A stretch of DNA of 64,000 bases from an uncultured Coriobacteriia bacterium (lineage in GTDB: Bacteria > Actinomycetota > Coriobacteriia > Anaerosomatales > JAAXUF01): NCBI GenBank assembly GCA_963803785.1, contig CAWDNM010000006.1, positions 760,135 through 824,134 of the forward strand, written 5' to 3'. A program made the translations under genes and the position numbers. This document shows positions 10,993-22,976 of the stretch, piece by piece (the first letter of the stretch is position 1; every line of letters starts with the position of its first letter). The notes below the pieces were generated by a model, which searched no databases, was not told where the DNA came from, and saw only the letters and a list, made by a program, of their open reading frames with translations.

Positions 10993-11412
10993 ATGATAGA
11001 TGTCGCGCTGCTGGCCGGCCGACTCCTTCTCCTGGCGCTGCTCTACCTGTTCCTGTTCGCGGCGGTCAGAGACCGGCATCGGGCTGGTCGCCGGTCAGCG
11101 CGCGAAGGGCAAGGCGGCGTGGACGCTCGCGGTCGTGCAGGGACCGCGCGAGCTGCAGGGCGTCTCGGTGCCCATCACCGGGCCGGTCGTCATCGGCAGA
11201 TCGCCCGGCGCCGACATCGTCATCGGCGATGACTTCGTCAGCGGCAGCCACGCGCGCGTCTCGCCCTTCGGGCGACGGCGCGGTGCTCGAAGACCTCGGC
11301 TCGACGAACGGCACCATCCTCAACGGCCAGCCCGTCACGGGCGCCGCAGACGCTTCGCGCGGGGGACGCCATCGACATCGGCACCGTCCGGCTGAAGGTG
11401 AATCGCTCATGA
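10993..11412 (+). CDS. fhaB: FhaB/FipA-like small membrane FHA protein (2-3 frame changes)
   Basis: ATG at 10993. TM segment [28 protein letters not shown] core [55 protein letters not shown]. The stop overlaps the next ATG (ATGA at 11409-11412). Confidence 0.75.
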
Positions 11413-12497
11413 CACCGCGCGCCAAACAGAGCTGGGCAGCGCTCACCGACATCGGTCGCGTCCGAACCCACAACGAGGACAGCGTGCTCGCGCAGCCGCC
11501 GCTGTTCGTGGTCGCCGACGGACTCGGCGGGCACGAGGCCGGCGAGGTCGCGAGCTCGATCGCGGTCGAGACGCTGCGCGATCACGCGCCGAGGCGCCCC
11601 GACGCCAAGGCCCTCGCCCGCGCCGTGCGTCGGCCAACCGCGAGGTCATCCGAGCCGCGCGCGAGGGCTACGGCAAGCAGGGCATGGGCACGACGATGAC
11701 CGCAGCGATCGTCGAAGGTAACCACATCGCGCTGGCCCAGGTGGGCGACTCGCGCGCGTACCTGCTGCACGCCGGCCGGATCTCGCGCATCACCGAGGAT
11801 CACTCGATGGTCGCCGACATGATCCGCCGAGGCCAACTGACCGAGGCCGAGAGCCGCACGCACCCCAACCGCAGCGTCATCACCCGCGCGCTGGGCACCG
11901 ATGCCAACATGACCGCCGATCCCTACGAGTTCGACGCCGAGCCGGGCGACCGGCTGCTGCTGTGCTCCGACGGCCTTACGGCGATGCTCGAGGACGAGGC
12001 CATCGGCGAGGCGCTCGCTGCCTACCAGGACCCCGCGATCGCTGCCCGAATGCTCGTCGACGCAGCCAACGACGCCGGGGGTCACGACAACATCTCGGTC
12101 GTCATCATCGACATCGAAGGCGACGGCTCGCGGGCGGGCGCGACCGTCGACGCGAGCGGTGCCCGAGCCGGTCGTGGCCTGCTCGCGGTCATCGGCTGGG
12201 TACTGCTGTCTGGCGCTCATCGTCGGCGGCATCGCATACGGCAGCTATCTCTACGCGCGCAAGCAGGCGTTTCTCCAGGTGGGCCCGGGGGATGTCGTCT
12301 ACGTCTACCAAGGAGTGCCCGGGCAGATCGGCTCGCTGAAGCTGCAGTGGCTCGTCGAGCGCGACCGACCATCTCGATCGACGCTGCTCCACCCGCCGAC
12401 CAGGCAGACGCTGCGCGAGGGCATGCGGTTCGACAGCCTCGACGCAGCGCTCGAGAAGGCCCGTTCGCTCGAGCCGACGACCCAGCTGTTCCCCTAG
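11409..12497 (+). CDS. pstP: PP2C-family Ser/Thr phosphatase with C-terminal TM segment (2-3 frame changes)
   Basis: PP2C motifs [47 protein letters not shown] and [15 protein letters not shown] segment ([17 protein letters not shown]) and an extracellular tail are read from track ORFs 11229..11699, 11684..13123 and 12159..12497. Confidence 0.85.
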
Positions 12498-12506
12498 GGA
12501 CCGCCC

Positions 12507-13843
12507 ATGTTCTCGCGCCGAACCACAGAGCTGCTCCTCCTGCTCGCGGCAACGCCGCCGGTGCTGCTCGTCTTCGCGCTCGTCGACGCGCAGAAGACCC
12601 AGGCGTTCGAGACGAGCTCGCTGTTCGTCCCCGGCGCCTTGCTCGTCGCGTTCGTGATCGCGCATCTCGCCGTCCGGCAGTTCGCGAAGAACGCCGACCC
12701 GGGCCTGCTCCCGATCGCGTTCGTGCTCTCCGGCATCGGGCTGGCCGTCGTCACGCGGCTCGATGCCGCGCTCGCTGCGTCGCAGGTCATGTGGCTCTTC
12801 GTCGGCGTGGCCGGCGCTTGTCGCGCACGCTCGATCGCCGTGCCGTCGCTCGAGCGGCTCGCGCGCTACAAGTACACGCTCATGGTCAGCGGCCTCGTGC
12901 TGCTGCTCCTGCCGGCGTTCATCGGCCGCGAGGTCAACGGCGCCAAGCTGTGGATCCGCTTCGGCGCGCTTCGGCTTCCAGCCGGGCGAGCTCGCCAAGA
13001 TCCTCATCGTGCTGTTCCTCGCCGCCTACCTCGCCGAGAACCGCGAGCTGCTCTCGGTGTCGACCCGCCGCATCCTCGGCGTGCGCTTCCCCGAGCCGCG
13101 CACGATGGGCCCGCTGCTGCTGATGTGGGCGCGTCTCGCTGGTCGTGCTCGTCTTCGAGCGCGACCTCGGGTCGTCGCTGCTGTTCTTCGCGATCTTCCT
13201 CGTGATGCTGTACGCGGCGACGGGCCGAGCCGCCTACGTGGTGGTCGGGCTCGCACTGTTCGGCGCGGGCGCGACCGTCGCGTACTTCCTCTTCGGCCAC
13301 GTGCGCACGCGCGTCGACATCTGGCTCCACCCGTTCACCGATGCCGCCGGCAAGGGCTACCAGCTCGTGCAGTCGCTGTTCGCGCTGGCCGCAGGCGGGC
13401 TGACCGGCGTCGGCCTCGGGCATGGGGCTGCCCACGCGCATCCCGTTCGTGTCGACCGACTTCATCTTCTCGGCGATCGGCGAGGAGCTGGGGCTGCTCG
13501 GCGCGGCGGCTATCGTGCTGTGCTTCCTCGTGTTCGCGATCCGCGGCTTCGCCACCGCCGCGCGCGCCAAGACCGACATGGCCGCGTTCACGGCGGTCGG
13601 CCTCGTCGCGGCCATCACGATTCAGGCGTTCGTCATCATCGGCGGCGTCACGCGGCTCATCCCGCTGACCGGCGTGACGCTGCCGTTCATGAGCTACGGC
13701 GGCTCGTCGCTGCTGTCGAGCTTCATCGCGCTCGGCGCTGCTGCTGCGCGCGGGCGACGAGGGTACCGGCGCGCAGGTCGCGATCGAAGCGACCTCGACC
13801 GACCTCGGGGTTCTCGGCAGGCTCGCGCTGGGGAGGCGGCTGA
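12507..13843 (+). CDS. rodA: SEDS-family FtsW/RodA peptidoglycan polymerase (about five frame changes; 3' end uncertain)
   Basis: Multi-TM protein with SEDS signatures FGFQPGELAKILIVLFLAAYL, ERDLGSSLLFFAIFLVMLY, FIFSAIGEELGLLG and TLPFMSYGGSSLL. Pieces are in track ORFs 12507..13205, 12763..13668, 13145..13843 and 13422..14003. Confidence 0.8.
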
Positions 13844-13851
13844 CCGGCATC

Positions 13852-15279
13852 ATGACCGTGATGTCGCTGCTGATGGCGGCGCTCATCGTCAACCTCACCT
13901 GGATCCAGGTCGTCGACGCGCGCGCGCTGCAGAACCACGCCGCCAACACCCGCAACCTCGCCGAGCAGACCCGCGACGACCGCGGCTCCATCCTCACGCG
14001 TGACGGCGTGACGCTCGCCGAGTCGAAGCAAGGTCTCGCGCAGCACCTACGAGCGCGTCTACCCCAAGCACTCCTTCGGCGCCCACACCGTCGGCTACTT
14101 CAGCGCGCGCTACGGCCGAGCCGGCATCGAGGCCGCCGAGAACGACGTGCTCGCCGGCGGCAAGCGCGCCTTCTCGACGCTGGGGCGACGTCGTCGATGC
14201 CGCAGCCGGGCGCTCGGTGCCCGGGTAACGACGTCGTGCTCACGCTCGACAGCCGCGTCCAGAAGGCCGCCGAGAAGTCGCTCGCCGGACGCGACGGCGC
14301 GTGCGTCGTGATCGACCCGCGCACCGGCGCGGTTCTCGCGGCCGCCGCCAACCCCGGCTTCGATCCCGAACAAGATCGACTCGGACTGGGAGGAGCTCAG
14401 CACCGACCCGGACGCACCGCTCATCGACCGCTCGCGCAGCGCGCTGTTCGCACCCGGCTCGACGTTCAAGGTCGTCACGCTCACCGGCGCGCTCGGCACC
14501 GGCGTCGCCGACACCGAGCGACACGTTCCCCGGCCCCGGCACGATGAAGATCGGCGGCGCTCCCGTCACCAACTACGAGGGCGGCAGCTACGGCAAGATC
14601 GACCTCGTCAAGGCGACGATGAGCTCGATCAACACCGTCTTCGCGCAGCTCGCGGTCAAGATGGGTGCCCGAGGCGCTCGTCAAGCAGGCCGACCTGCTT
14701 CGGCTTCGACCGGAAGTACGGCTACGAGATCGGCGCGAAGATCGTCGCTCATGCCCGACCCCGCCGAGATGACCACGTGGGAGACCGCGTGGGCCGGCGT
14801 TGGCCAGCCGGTCGGCGAGCACGACAGCCCCGCAGGCCCGCAGGCGACCGTCATGCAGATGGCGCTCGTCTCGGCGGGGATCGCCAACGGCGGCGAGGTC
14901 ATGCAGCCGTTCGTGGTGCGACTCGATCCGAGACAACACAGGCGCCGAGGTCGGCAAGACCCGGCCCGCAGGTCATGACGCGCGCGACCGATCCCGCGAC
15001 CGCCGCGACCGTGGGCGAGATCATGGAGAAGGTCGTGACGGGCGGCTCCGGGACGCGCGCCGCGATCAGCGGCGTGCGAGTCGCAGGCAAGACCGGAACC
15101 GCCGAGGTCGGCAAGGGCAAGTCCGACCAACGCATGGTTCATCGCCTTCGCCCCCGCCGAGAAGCCCACGGTCGCGCTCGCCATCATGATCGAGGGCGGC
15201 GGCGTGGGCGGACAGGTGGCGGCACCGGCCGCCAAGACCGGTGCTCCAGGCGGCGCTGGCCGCACAGAAGGGACGCTAG
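13852..15279 (+). CDS. pbpA: class B penicillin-binding protein (PbpA-like transpeptidase), many frame changes
   Basis: N-terminal TM MTVMSLLMAALIVNLTWIQVV. Transpeptidase motifs SxxK (FAPGSTFKVVTL), SxN (SSINTVF) and KTG (AGKTGTAE). The tail ...LQAALAAQKGR ends at TAG 15277-15279. The start may lie a few codons upstream, because the frame is open back into rodA. Confidence 0.8.
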
Positions 15280-15437
15280 GACGAGGACTTCGGCGCCGCA
15301 TGGCGGCGTGAAGCCCCGCAGGTTCGGAACAACGCGGAGGCAACGCCGTGAGTCAGGCAGCCAACGAGTGTCGCAGGTGGTCTAGAATGTCGGCAGCGGG
15401 AATCATTCCCGCAGGTGAGTGAGCACGGGGGCGTGAC

Positions 15438-17320
15438 GTGGAAGAAATGCTGTTCGGCCGTAGGTACCGCGCAACCGAGAAGATCGGCTCCGGAGGCATG
15501 GCCGACGTCTACAAGGCCGTCGACGAGACGCTCGGTCGCACCGTCGCGGTCAAGGTCATGCACCCTCGCTACGCTTCCGATCCCGCGTTCGCCGCACCGC
15601 TTCCGCCAGGAGGCTCAGGCCGCCGCCAACCTCGTCTCCCCCAACATCGTCAACATGTACGACTGGGGCCAGGACGCCGACACGTACTACATCGTCATGG
15701 AGTACGTCCGCGGCGCCGACCTCAAGTCGATCATCGAGCAGAAGGGCGCGCTGCCTTCTCGCACCGTCGCCGAGATCGGCGCGCAGGTCTGCTCGGCACT
15801 GACGGCGGCTCACGGCTACGACATCATTCACCGCGACATCAAGCCGCACAACATCATGGTGCAGCCCGACGGCACCGTGAAGGTCATGGACTTCGGCATC
15901 GCGCGCGCCGGCAACTCGACGATGACGCAGACCGGGTCCGTGCTCGGCACCGCGCACTACGTCTCGCCCGAGCAGGCGCAGGGCCGCCAGCTCTCCGCCG
16001 ACGAGCGACCTGTACTCGCTGGGCGTCGTGCTCTACGAGGCCGCGACCGGCAACGTGCCCTTCGACGCCGATACGCCCGTGGCCGTCGCGCTCAAGCAGG
16101 TCAACGAGATCGCGACCGCGCCCGAGCGCGCTGAACCCCGACATCGACAAGAACCTCGAAGCGGTGATCGTCCGCGCGATGCAGAAGCGCTCCGAGGACC
16201 GCTACGACATCGGCCGACGAGATGCGCCGGGACCTGCTGCGCGTCATCCAGGGTCAGCCCGTCGGGCCGGCCGCCGGGTTCGGCGGCGCTGCCGTCGCCG
16301 GCGCCGTGGCCGGCGGCGCAGCCGGGCGCACCGACCACACCGCCGTCATGACGCCGGTCGGCGGTACTCGCAGGCGCCGGTCAACCGGGGTCCGCAAGCG
16401 AAGAAGAAGCGCCCGATCTGGCCGTGGATCCTGCTCACGGTAGCGCTCGTCCTCGCCGGTCTCGGCGTCGCGTGCGTACATGGGGCTCCTCGCCTACCGC
16501 GCCCAAGCCCGTTCCCGACGTCGAAGGCATGGACCGCGCCGCGGCGACCGTCCGCTTGAGGAGGCCGGCTTCGTCGTGGGCACCGTCGATGAGAAGTTCG
16601 ATGAAGAGGTGCCGAGTCGGCGAGATCACTCGAGCAGAACCCGATCGCCGGGCTGCCCGCGAAGAAGGGCACGCCGGTCAATCTCGTCGTCAGCAAGGGC
16701 CCCGACCTGGTGGTCGTTCCCAACATCGTCAAGCGCACCCAGGCCGAGGCAGACGCCGCTGCTGACGGAAGCCGGGCTCACGAGCCGCGGTGGCCTCCTC
16801 GGCGTTCCACCCGGAGATTCCCGCCGGCAGCGTCATCAGCCAGACGCCCAAGAAGGGCGACGAGGTGCTGCGGGACTCGACGGTGAGCTACGTCATCTCG
16901 CTCGGCGCCGAGCAGGCTGTCGTCCCCGACGTCGAGGGCATGACCCAGAGCAAGGCGACCAAGCGGCTGCAGTCGGCCGGCTTCAAGGTGAAGGTCACCA
17001 CGTCGGACAGCGACACGGTCAAGGAGGGCGTCGTCATCTCGCAGAGCAAGTCCGCGGGCGGCTCCTACCCCAAGGGCAGCAGCGTGACGATCGACGTTTC
17101 CACCGGCCCTCCGATGGTCAAGGTCCCGGACGTGAAGGGCGACGCACCCGACGCTGCGCAGGCCAAGCTGACCGACGCCGGGCTCAAGGTCGAACTCAAC
17201 TACAACAACGTGACGGGAACCGGAGTGGTGGCTGGCCAGCTGCCGGCCGCAGGCACGATGGTGGCCCCGGGCACGACCGTCACGCTTGAGATCGACGGCG
17301 ACGATCCCGCCGTACCGTAG
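15438..17320 (+). CDS. pknB: PknB-type Ser/Thr kinase with TM segment and C-terminal PASTA domains (about ten frame changes)
   Basis: Kinase motifs [35 protein letters not shown] and [12 protein letters not shown] segment [25 protein letters not shown] units are [13 protein letters not shown].., [24 protein letters not shown].. and [25 protein letters not shown]... Pieces are spread over track ORFs 15438.., 15415.., 16028.., 16222.., 16424.., 16480.. and 16790..17320. Confidence 0.9.
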
Positions 17321-17354
17321 GGCAATATCGTCCATCACGATTCCTGGAGACCTC

Positions 17355-17639
17355 ATGGCAGGCGCCAACGGACTTCCCGTACATCTCGAGATCACCGAGA
17401 TCCTGATCGGCGGCGAGTGCCCGGTGGGGCACAAGGTCGGCGACAGCTGGGTCATCAGGGACGGCATCGTTCCCGAGGGCATCTGCGCTGCGGCGTGGAA
17501 TGCGATGCAGCCCTACATCGTCTCGATCCGCTACGGCGGCGCCATGCCGTGGAGCGGCGAGGCGACGATGAGCGCCTGCTGCCCCGATCCCGCGAACCCC
17601 GTCGTGTTCAAGATGGAAGTCCTGCCCGACGAGGAGTAG
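17355..17639 (+). CDS. TIGR04076-family small Cys-rich protein
   Basis: MAGANGLPVHLEITEILIGGECPVGHKVGDSWVIRDGIVPEGICAAAWNAMQPYIVSIRYGG..CCPDPANPVVFKMEV matches my recollection of the TIGR04076 pattern (CP.GH.vGD ... P.G.C ... CPD). This is the internal ATG of track ORF 17286..17639. Confidence 0.65.
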   Translation: MAGANGLPVHLEITEILIGGECPVGHKVGDSWVIRDGIVPEGICAAAWNAMQPYIVSIRYGGAMPWSGEATMSACCPDPANPVVFKMEVLPDEE

Positions 17640-17645
17640 GGGCCT

Positions 17646-18310
17646 TGCGGAGTCGGTTCCTCTCATCGCTGCGCTCGCCGCGTGCGTCGTGCTGAGCGCG
17701 AGCGGATGCGCGACGACGCCCCGGCGCCCGTCCCACGCCCACGCCGTCCGCCGAGACGACACCCGCGCCCGTCTCGGCAGTCACGACGCGCCAACCGCGT
17801 CGACGTCGCCGAGGCGCAGCAGGTGGTGCTCGCCTACGTCGAGGCGCTGCGCAGCGCGAGAGGCCATCGGATGCCGCAGCACTGATGACGTCGTACCGCC
17901 GTCCGGAGACGCGCGCGAAGGGCTGGACGGCCGAGATCCGATGGTGGAAAGACGCGCAGGTCAAGGCGGTAGTCCACCCAGGCCGCTACGTCAGCGACGA
18001 GCGGGCGTTCGCCCAGCTCTACGCCGAGCACTTCGGGCGTCCGCCGTACAAGCTGGTGGTAGTCAACGTGCGCTACGGCCTCGGGCCCGGGACGCCGCCG
18101 GGCGACACCGACTTCGTCGTGACCCGGGACACCGCAGGCGCGCCGTGGCTGGTGCACGATTTCGGCGGGGCGCTGCGCCCCGAGTCGACGCCCACCGCAC
18201 CCTTAGCCTCGACGGCACACGCCGAATTGGGGAGACTCTACACAGTAACCCTCGAGAGGAGCCTCCCATGCGCATCGCCCGTCTTGGCCGCAATCTGGCC
18301 GTTCTGCTGA
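17646..18310 (+). CDS. hypothetical lipoprotein (about two frame changes; ends uncertain)
   Basis: A lipobox-like leader ...LAACVVLSASGCATTP can be read around 17660-17720 across two frames. It is followed by RVDVAEAQQVVLAYVEALRS and then track ORF 17885..18310 (KGWTAEIRWWKDAQVKAVVHPGRYVSDERAFAQLYAEHFG...). The 3' end overlaps the next start. Confidence 0.45.
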
Positions 18311-19403
18311 CGATCGGTCTGCGTCGCAGCCCTGTTGTCCGGCTGCGGCCCCAAGGTCCCCAACGTCGTGGGGATGCGGGCCGACGAGGCCGTCCGCGTC
18401 TTGCAGGACGCGGGCTACAAGCTCGGCACGACCGGCAAGGTCTACACCACCGGGCTGCCGCCTGGGCAGGTCTTCTCTCAGATCCCGCAGGCGAACGAGC
18501 GAGTTCGCGAGGGCGAGACGGTGAACCTCACCGTCACGTTCGCGCTCGGCGAGATCTCGGTTCCCGACGTCTCGAAGCTCAGTGCCGACGAGGCGTCGCA
18601 GGCGATCGCCGCAGCCCAGCTCGCGCCGCATGCAGGTCGACCAGTACTCCGACTCCGTCGCCGAAGGGCAGCATCGGCGGGCAGGTTCCGGAGGCGGGTG
18701 CGACGGTCGAGCGTGGGCGCGACGGTGGTCTACGTCGTCTCGAAGGGCCCGGCGCCCGAGAAGGTCAAGGTTCCCGACATCACCGGCGACAAGCAGGATG
18801 ACGCGGACGCCGCCATCAAGAAGGCCGGCCTGAAGTCCGCCGCCCAGAAGGCGTACAGCGACACGTGTCGCCAAGGGCGTCATCGTGCTGCAGAATCCCG
18901 CGGCCGGCGCATCGGTCAGCCCTGGCTCGATCGTCTCCTACGTGGTCTCGCTCGGCAAGCCGCCGGCACCGACGGCGAGCGAGCCGGAGCCGTCGATCAC
19001 CGTGCCCAACGTCGTCGGCAAGAAGGAAGCTGACGCGACGTCGGCGATCCAGTCCGCCGGCCTGAGCGTGCAGACCTACCGCCAGGCCGACCCCAAGGTC
19101 GCCAAGGGCGTCGTCATCAGCCAGATGCCGCCTGCGGGTTCCAAGACCGCGAAGGGCGGCGTCGTCGGGGTGCTCATCTCGACCGGCGCCGAGTCGACCG
19201 TCGAGGTCCCGAGCATCAGCGGGAAGAACACGGCCGACGCCAAGGCCGCGATCGAGGCGGCCGGACTCGTGGCCCTACCGGTCGACCAGCCCAGCGCCGA
19301 CGTGGCAGAGGGGGTCGTGATCCAGCAGGTCCCCGTCGCCGGCAGCATCGTGCCGTTCGGGTCCGAAGTACTGTACGCGGTGTCGACCGGCGTGCCGGAG
19401 TAG
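18268..19403 (+). CDS. stand-alone lipoprotein with five PASTA domains (about three frame changes)
   Basis: MRIARLGRNLAVLLTIGL..LLSGCGPK contains a lipobox. It is followed by five ~65-aa PASTA units: VPNVVGMRADEAVRVLQDAGYKL.., ISVPDVSKLSADEASQAIAAAQL.., VKVPDITGDKQDDADAAIKKAGLK.., ITVPNVVGKKEADATSAIQSAGLS.. and VEVPSISGKNTADAKAAIEAAGLV... No kinase or transpeptidase domain is present. Confidence 0.8.
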
Positions 19404-19451
19404 CGCCGCGATACGATAGCCCGCCCACCCTGCCAACGTGCGGAGGCACGC

Positions 19452-21172
19452 TTGACTGACAGCACCCCCAGGCCCAGGTCGCGCACGAAGCGGGAACGTC
19501 CGGCCTTCTCGGTGAATCGCTCGTGGCTCGCACTCGCAGCCGCGATCGCCGTCGTCGTTGTGGTGGCCGTGTTCTTCGTGGTGCGATCGACCGGCCCCAA
19601 GGGACCGATCGTGGTCGTCGACGCCGGGCACGGCGGCACGTACTCCAACACGGGCGTCGGCGGCATCAAGGAAAACGACCTGAACCTCGCCATCGCCAAG
19701 CGGCTGGCGAAGAAGCTTCGCTCGCGCGGCTATCGGGTGGTCATGACCCGTACCTCCAAGAAGAAGGTCGCCGAGGAGATCATCGCCAACTGGCGCTACG
19801 CCGGAGCGCCCGGCCGCACCTGGGCCTACGGGGCCGAGAAGACCCCGAGCGAGCAGGCTGCCGCCTCGCGAAGCGACCTGCAGGCTCGAGTCGACATCGC
19901 GAACGAAGCCGGCGCCGACGTGTTCGTGAGCATCCACAACAACGCATCGAAGGACGTCACCGCCCGCGGTACCGAGACGTTCGCCTACCGCGGCGATGCG
20001 CCCGGCAAGGCGCTCGCGGCATCGGTGCTCGACGCCATCGGGGCGCGTACCGGCGGCCTGACCCGCGGCTCGTTCGGCTCGGGACTCTACGTGTGCCGCT
20101 GGACGAACATGCCCGCCGTCCTGGTCGAAGGCGGGTACTTCACCAACGAAGAGGACGCCAAGGCACTGAAGTCCGGTCGCTTCCAGGACAAGCTTGCCGA
20201 GGGCATCGCGGACGGCATCGACCGGTGGTTCGTGACCTACCCTCTGCGCGAGAGAGAGCCACAGCTCGCAGCGGGGAATGCGGCCTCACTCGCCACCACG
20301 ACCTCAGCCGCCGCGTACCCGAAGGGGTCGCCGGTCGCCGTCTTGCTGCCCGAGAGCGCAACCGCGCTCGGCCCGTCCGCGAGCACGCTGGCCGCCAAAC
20401 TCGGCGCGCCGCTGCTGCTGACCGGCGGACAAGGACCTGTCGCCCGAGCTGATCGCCGAGCTCCAGCGGCTCATGCCCAGTCGCGTCATCATTCTCGGCA
20501 TCTCTAAGGATCAAGACATCGAGGCCATCTCAGCCGCGGTCACGGATGCGACCGGCTCGCGGGCCAGCATCGAGACGATCGCCGAGAACAACGCGCCGAG
20601 CGCAGCCTCGCTCGCCGCGGGATACATCACCATTCCCGACAGCGGCGAAGTCGTCATCGCAGACGAGGCCGACGCCGACGCGCTCGCGGCGCTCGCGCCC
20701 TACGTCGCACGCAAGCTCGTCCCGGTCCTGCTGGCCAAGGACGGGAAGCTGGGCGACGAGGGATCCGTGTTCTTGACTGCGAACAGCGGGCGGATCAAGA
20801 AGGTGCTCTCGATCGGGTGCGCCGAGCCCGCCGCCGAGCCCGAGGGCTGGCCGGTCACCGCCGTGAACAACACCGACCCCGACGCGCTCGCCGCGACCCT
20901 GCTCGCGCAGTACCGACCCCGCGAAGAGCAAGCGCAAGCTCAAGCCCGTCGCGGTCGATCCCGAGAGCGCGCCCAGCGTGTTCACGGCCGCCACGGAGGC
21001 CGCGCGCCGGAAGCAGCCGCTCGTGCAGGTCAGGGCCGGGATCCTGGGGCCGTACTCGCGCGAGTTCCTGGTGAACCGCACCGCGACCGTCAGTCGCTTC
21101 GTGCTGATGCGCGCCGACGGCTCGCTGCCGCCGGTCGCCGAGAGCGCGCTGTACAAGTCGGTCGGTCGCTGA
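19452..21172 (+). CDS. N-acetylmuramoyl-L-alanine amidase (Amidase_3) with C-terminal cell-wall-binding-repeat-like region (2-3 frame changes)
   Basis: TTG start and TM segment (WLALAAAIAVVVVVAVFFVV). Amidase_3 motifs IVVVDAGHGG, DLNLAIAKRL, ADVFVSIHNNA and VLVEGGYFTN. The C-terminal repeats resemble CWB2 units (LAAKLGAPLLLTGG..., VIILGISKD, ALAPYVARKLVPVLLAKDG). It ends at 21172. Confidence 0.8.
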
Positions 21173-21193
21173 CGCTCGGGCTACACTACGCCC

Positions 21194-22976
21194 GTGACCA
21201 AGAAGCAGCCCACCCCCTCCGAAGGCCCCTTCACCAGCGCAGCCTGGTGGCGCACGAATGCGCTCTACGTCGCGGGCGTCGCCATGCTCACCGTGCTCTC
21301 CGCGTTCTCCAAGGTCGTCAACCAGTTCAAGTTCTTCATCTATCCCGACTCCTACTACTACCTGCTCATCGCCCGAAACCTGCTCACCAACGGCCACCCC
21401 ACGGGCACGCTCGGCCCGGGCGGCATGCCGTTCCCGCCTCCCGGCTACGCCGCGATGAAGGCGACCTTCCCCATGCTCGCCGCCGCCGTCATGGCGTTCG
21501 GCCTCCCCGCCGAGCAGACCGGCCACCTGGTCTCGGGCGCGGCCGCGGTACTCGCGGTGCCGATGGCGTTCTTCGCGACGTGGCGGCTGCTTCGCTCCAA
21601 ACCGGCCGCGCTCGCGGCTGCCGCGTTGGTCGCGGTCTCGTACGGAGTCACGTACTGGGCCGGATTCGTGATGAGCGACTCAGTCTCGGTTCTGCTCGGC
21701 TTCGCCTTGCTGGCCGTGATCGCCAAGAGGCGTCCTGACGAGCTGAGCAACGCCGGCGACATCGGGGCGGGTGTGGTCGCGGCGTTCCTGCTGCTCTCGC
21801 GGCCCACGTACTTCGTGGCGCTTGCCGCTGCTGATATGGATGGGGTTCTCGGCGTTCGGCTGGACGTGGAAGCGTACGGCCACCTTCGCGGTGGGCTGCG
21901 CGCTGCCGGTCGCCGTGATCTCCGCGCTGTGGTTCCCGCCGCCCGCCTTCAGCGGGCGCATCCTGCTGCGCCTGCTGCCGGTGATCGCGGGGGCCGCCGT
22001 GGTCGCCCTGGTCGCCGTGCTCGTCATGCGCAAGCGCTCTGAGCAGGCAGCCGCTGCCAGCGGGTGGGGCGGCCTGACCCGCTTCGCGTACTACCTGCTC
22101 GCCGCCACGCCGCTGCTGGTCTATGCGGTGCAGAGGGCGTTCGTGCTCGCCGGGCGGACGAGTCCGTTCCTCGCGCTTGACCGGTTCGTGGCGCGAGACT
22201 ACGCGACGGTCGTGTTCCTCGTGGCGGGCGCGATCGCGCTCGACCTCGCCGAGACGCGCGAAGTCGGTGGGGCGTTGCTTGCTGCCGCGGCGGTTCTGCT
22301 CGGCGTGTACTTCTGGGTCGAGCCGAGAGACTCGCGCTACCTCATCCACCTGCTGCCGTTTCTGGTGCCGGTCGCGGCGGCCGCTGCGATGCTGCCGGGG
22401 CTCACGGCTTCGGGGGGCTCGGCGAAAGGTCGTTCGCGCGGGGGAGTGCCGACGTGGGCGCATGGCGTGTCGATCGCAGTGGTCGTGGCTCTGGTCTCGG
22501 CGATGGTGCTGCAGGGTTGGCGGGGCATGTCGCGCGCCGAGGCGTCGTTCCTGGCGACGGACTACCCGAGTGAGGTCGCTGCCGGAATCCGGCCGGTGCT
22601 CGGCTCCGACGGCGTGCTCGTGACAGCGCTCCCCTGGGCGATGCACTTCCGTACCGACCGCCCGGCATGGGCCGCCCAGGGCGCCTCGATCGAGCGGCTC
22701 ACCTCCTACGTCCCTGCCGATTCGACCGTGCTGTTCCTCGCTGACGCGTCCATGCGCGTTCACTACCCGAAGCTCGAGCGCGCGGTCGGCCGACAGTTCG
22801 CATCGCGCTCGCTCGTGTCGTTCACGGTCCCCGAGGAGTACCTGTACGGCTACTCGAGCACCGTGGACACGCAACCGGTGCAGGTCTACCGGCTCACCGC
22901 CTCAGAGCTACGCTCGCTCGTCACGAGCGATTCGACGTCTGGGCCCGATCTAACCACGCCGCCGCCCGTCAGATAG
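21194..22976 (+). CDS. polytopic membrane protein, GT39/ArnT-like glycosyltransferase candidate (one frame change near 21830)
   Basis: Track ORFs 21194..22042 and 21771..22976 join into a ~590-aa protein with 10 or more hydrophobic segments and an early DSYYY motif (FFIYPDSYYYLLIARNL), typical of GT-C enzymes. Functional assignment is by architecture only. Confidence 0.55.

Noticed and set aside
13700-13860. An apparent RodA-PbpA fusion, because one frame is open from the RodA C-terminal region (LLLRAGDEGTGAQVAIEATSTDLGVLGRLALGRRLTGI) into the PbpA N-terminal TM segment.
   Set aside because: With this indel density a lost stop or start is more likely than a real fusion. The PbpA-like N-terminus (short basic stretch then a TM) begins here as in separate pbpA genes. 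The two were kept as separate features with uncertain borders.
8303-17320. Interpreting the multiply frameshifted division and wall genes as true pseudogenes (a genome in decay).
   Set aside because: Simultaneous loss of rodA, pbpA, pknB, pstP and fhaA/B is biologically implausible. The protein sequence between breaks is fully conserved-looking, with no accumulation of stops or degenerate motifs. Sequence error is more parsimonious, but it needs read-level confirmation.
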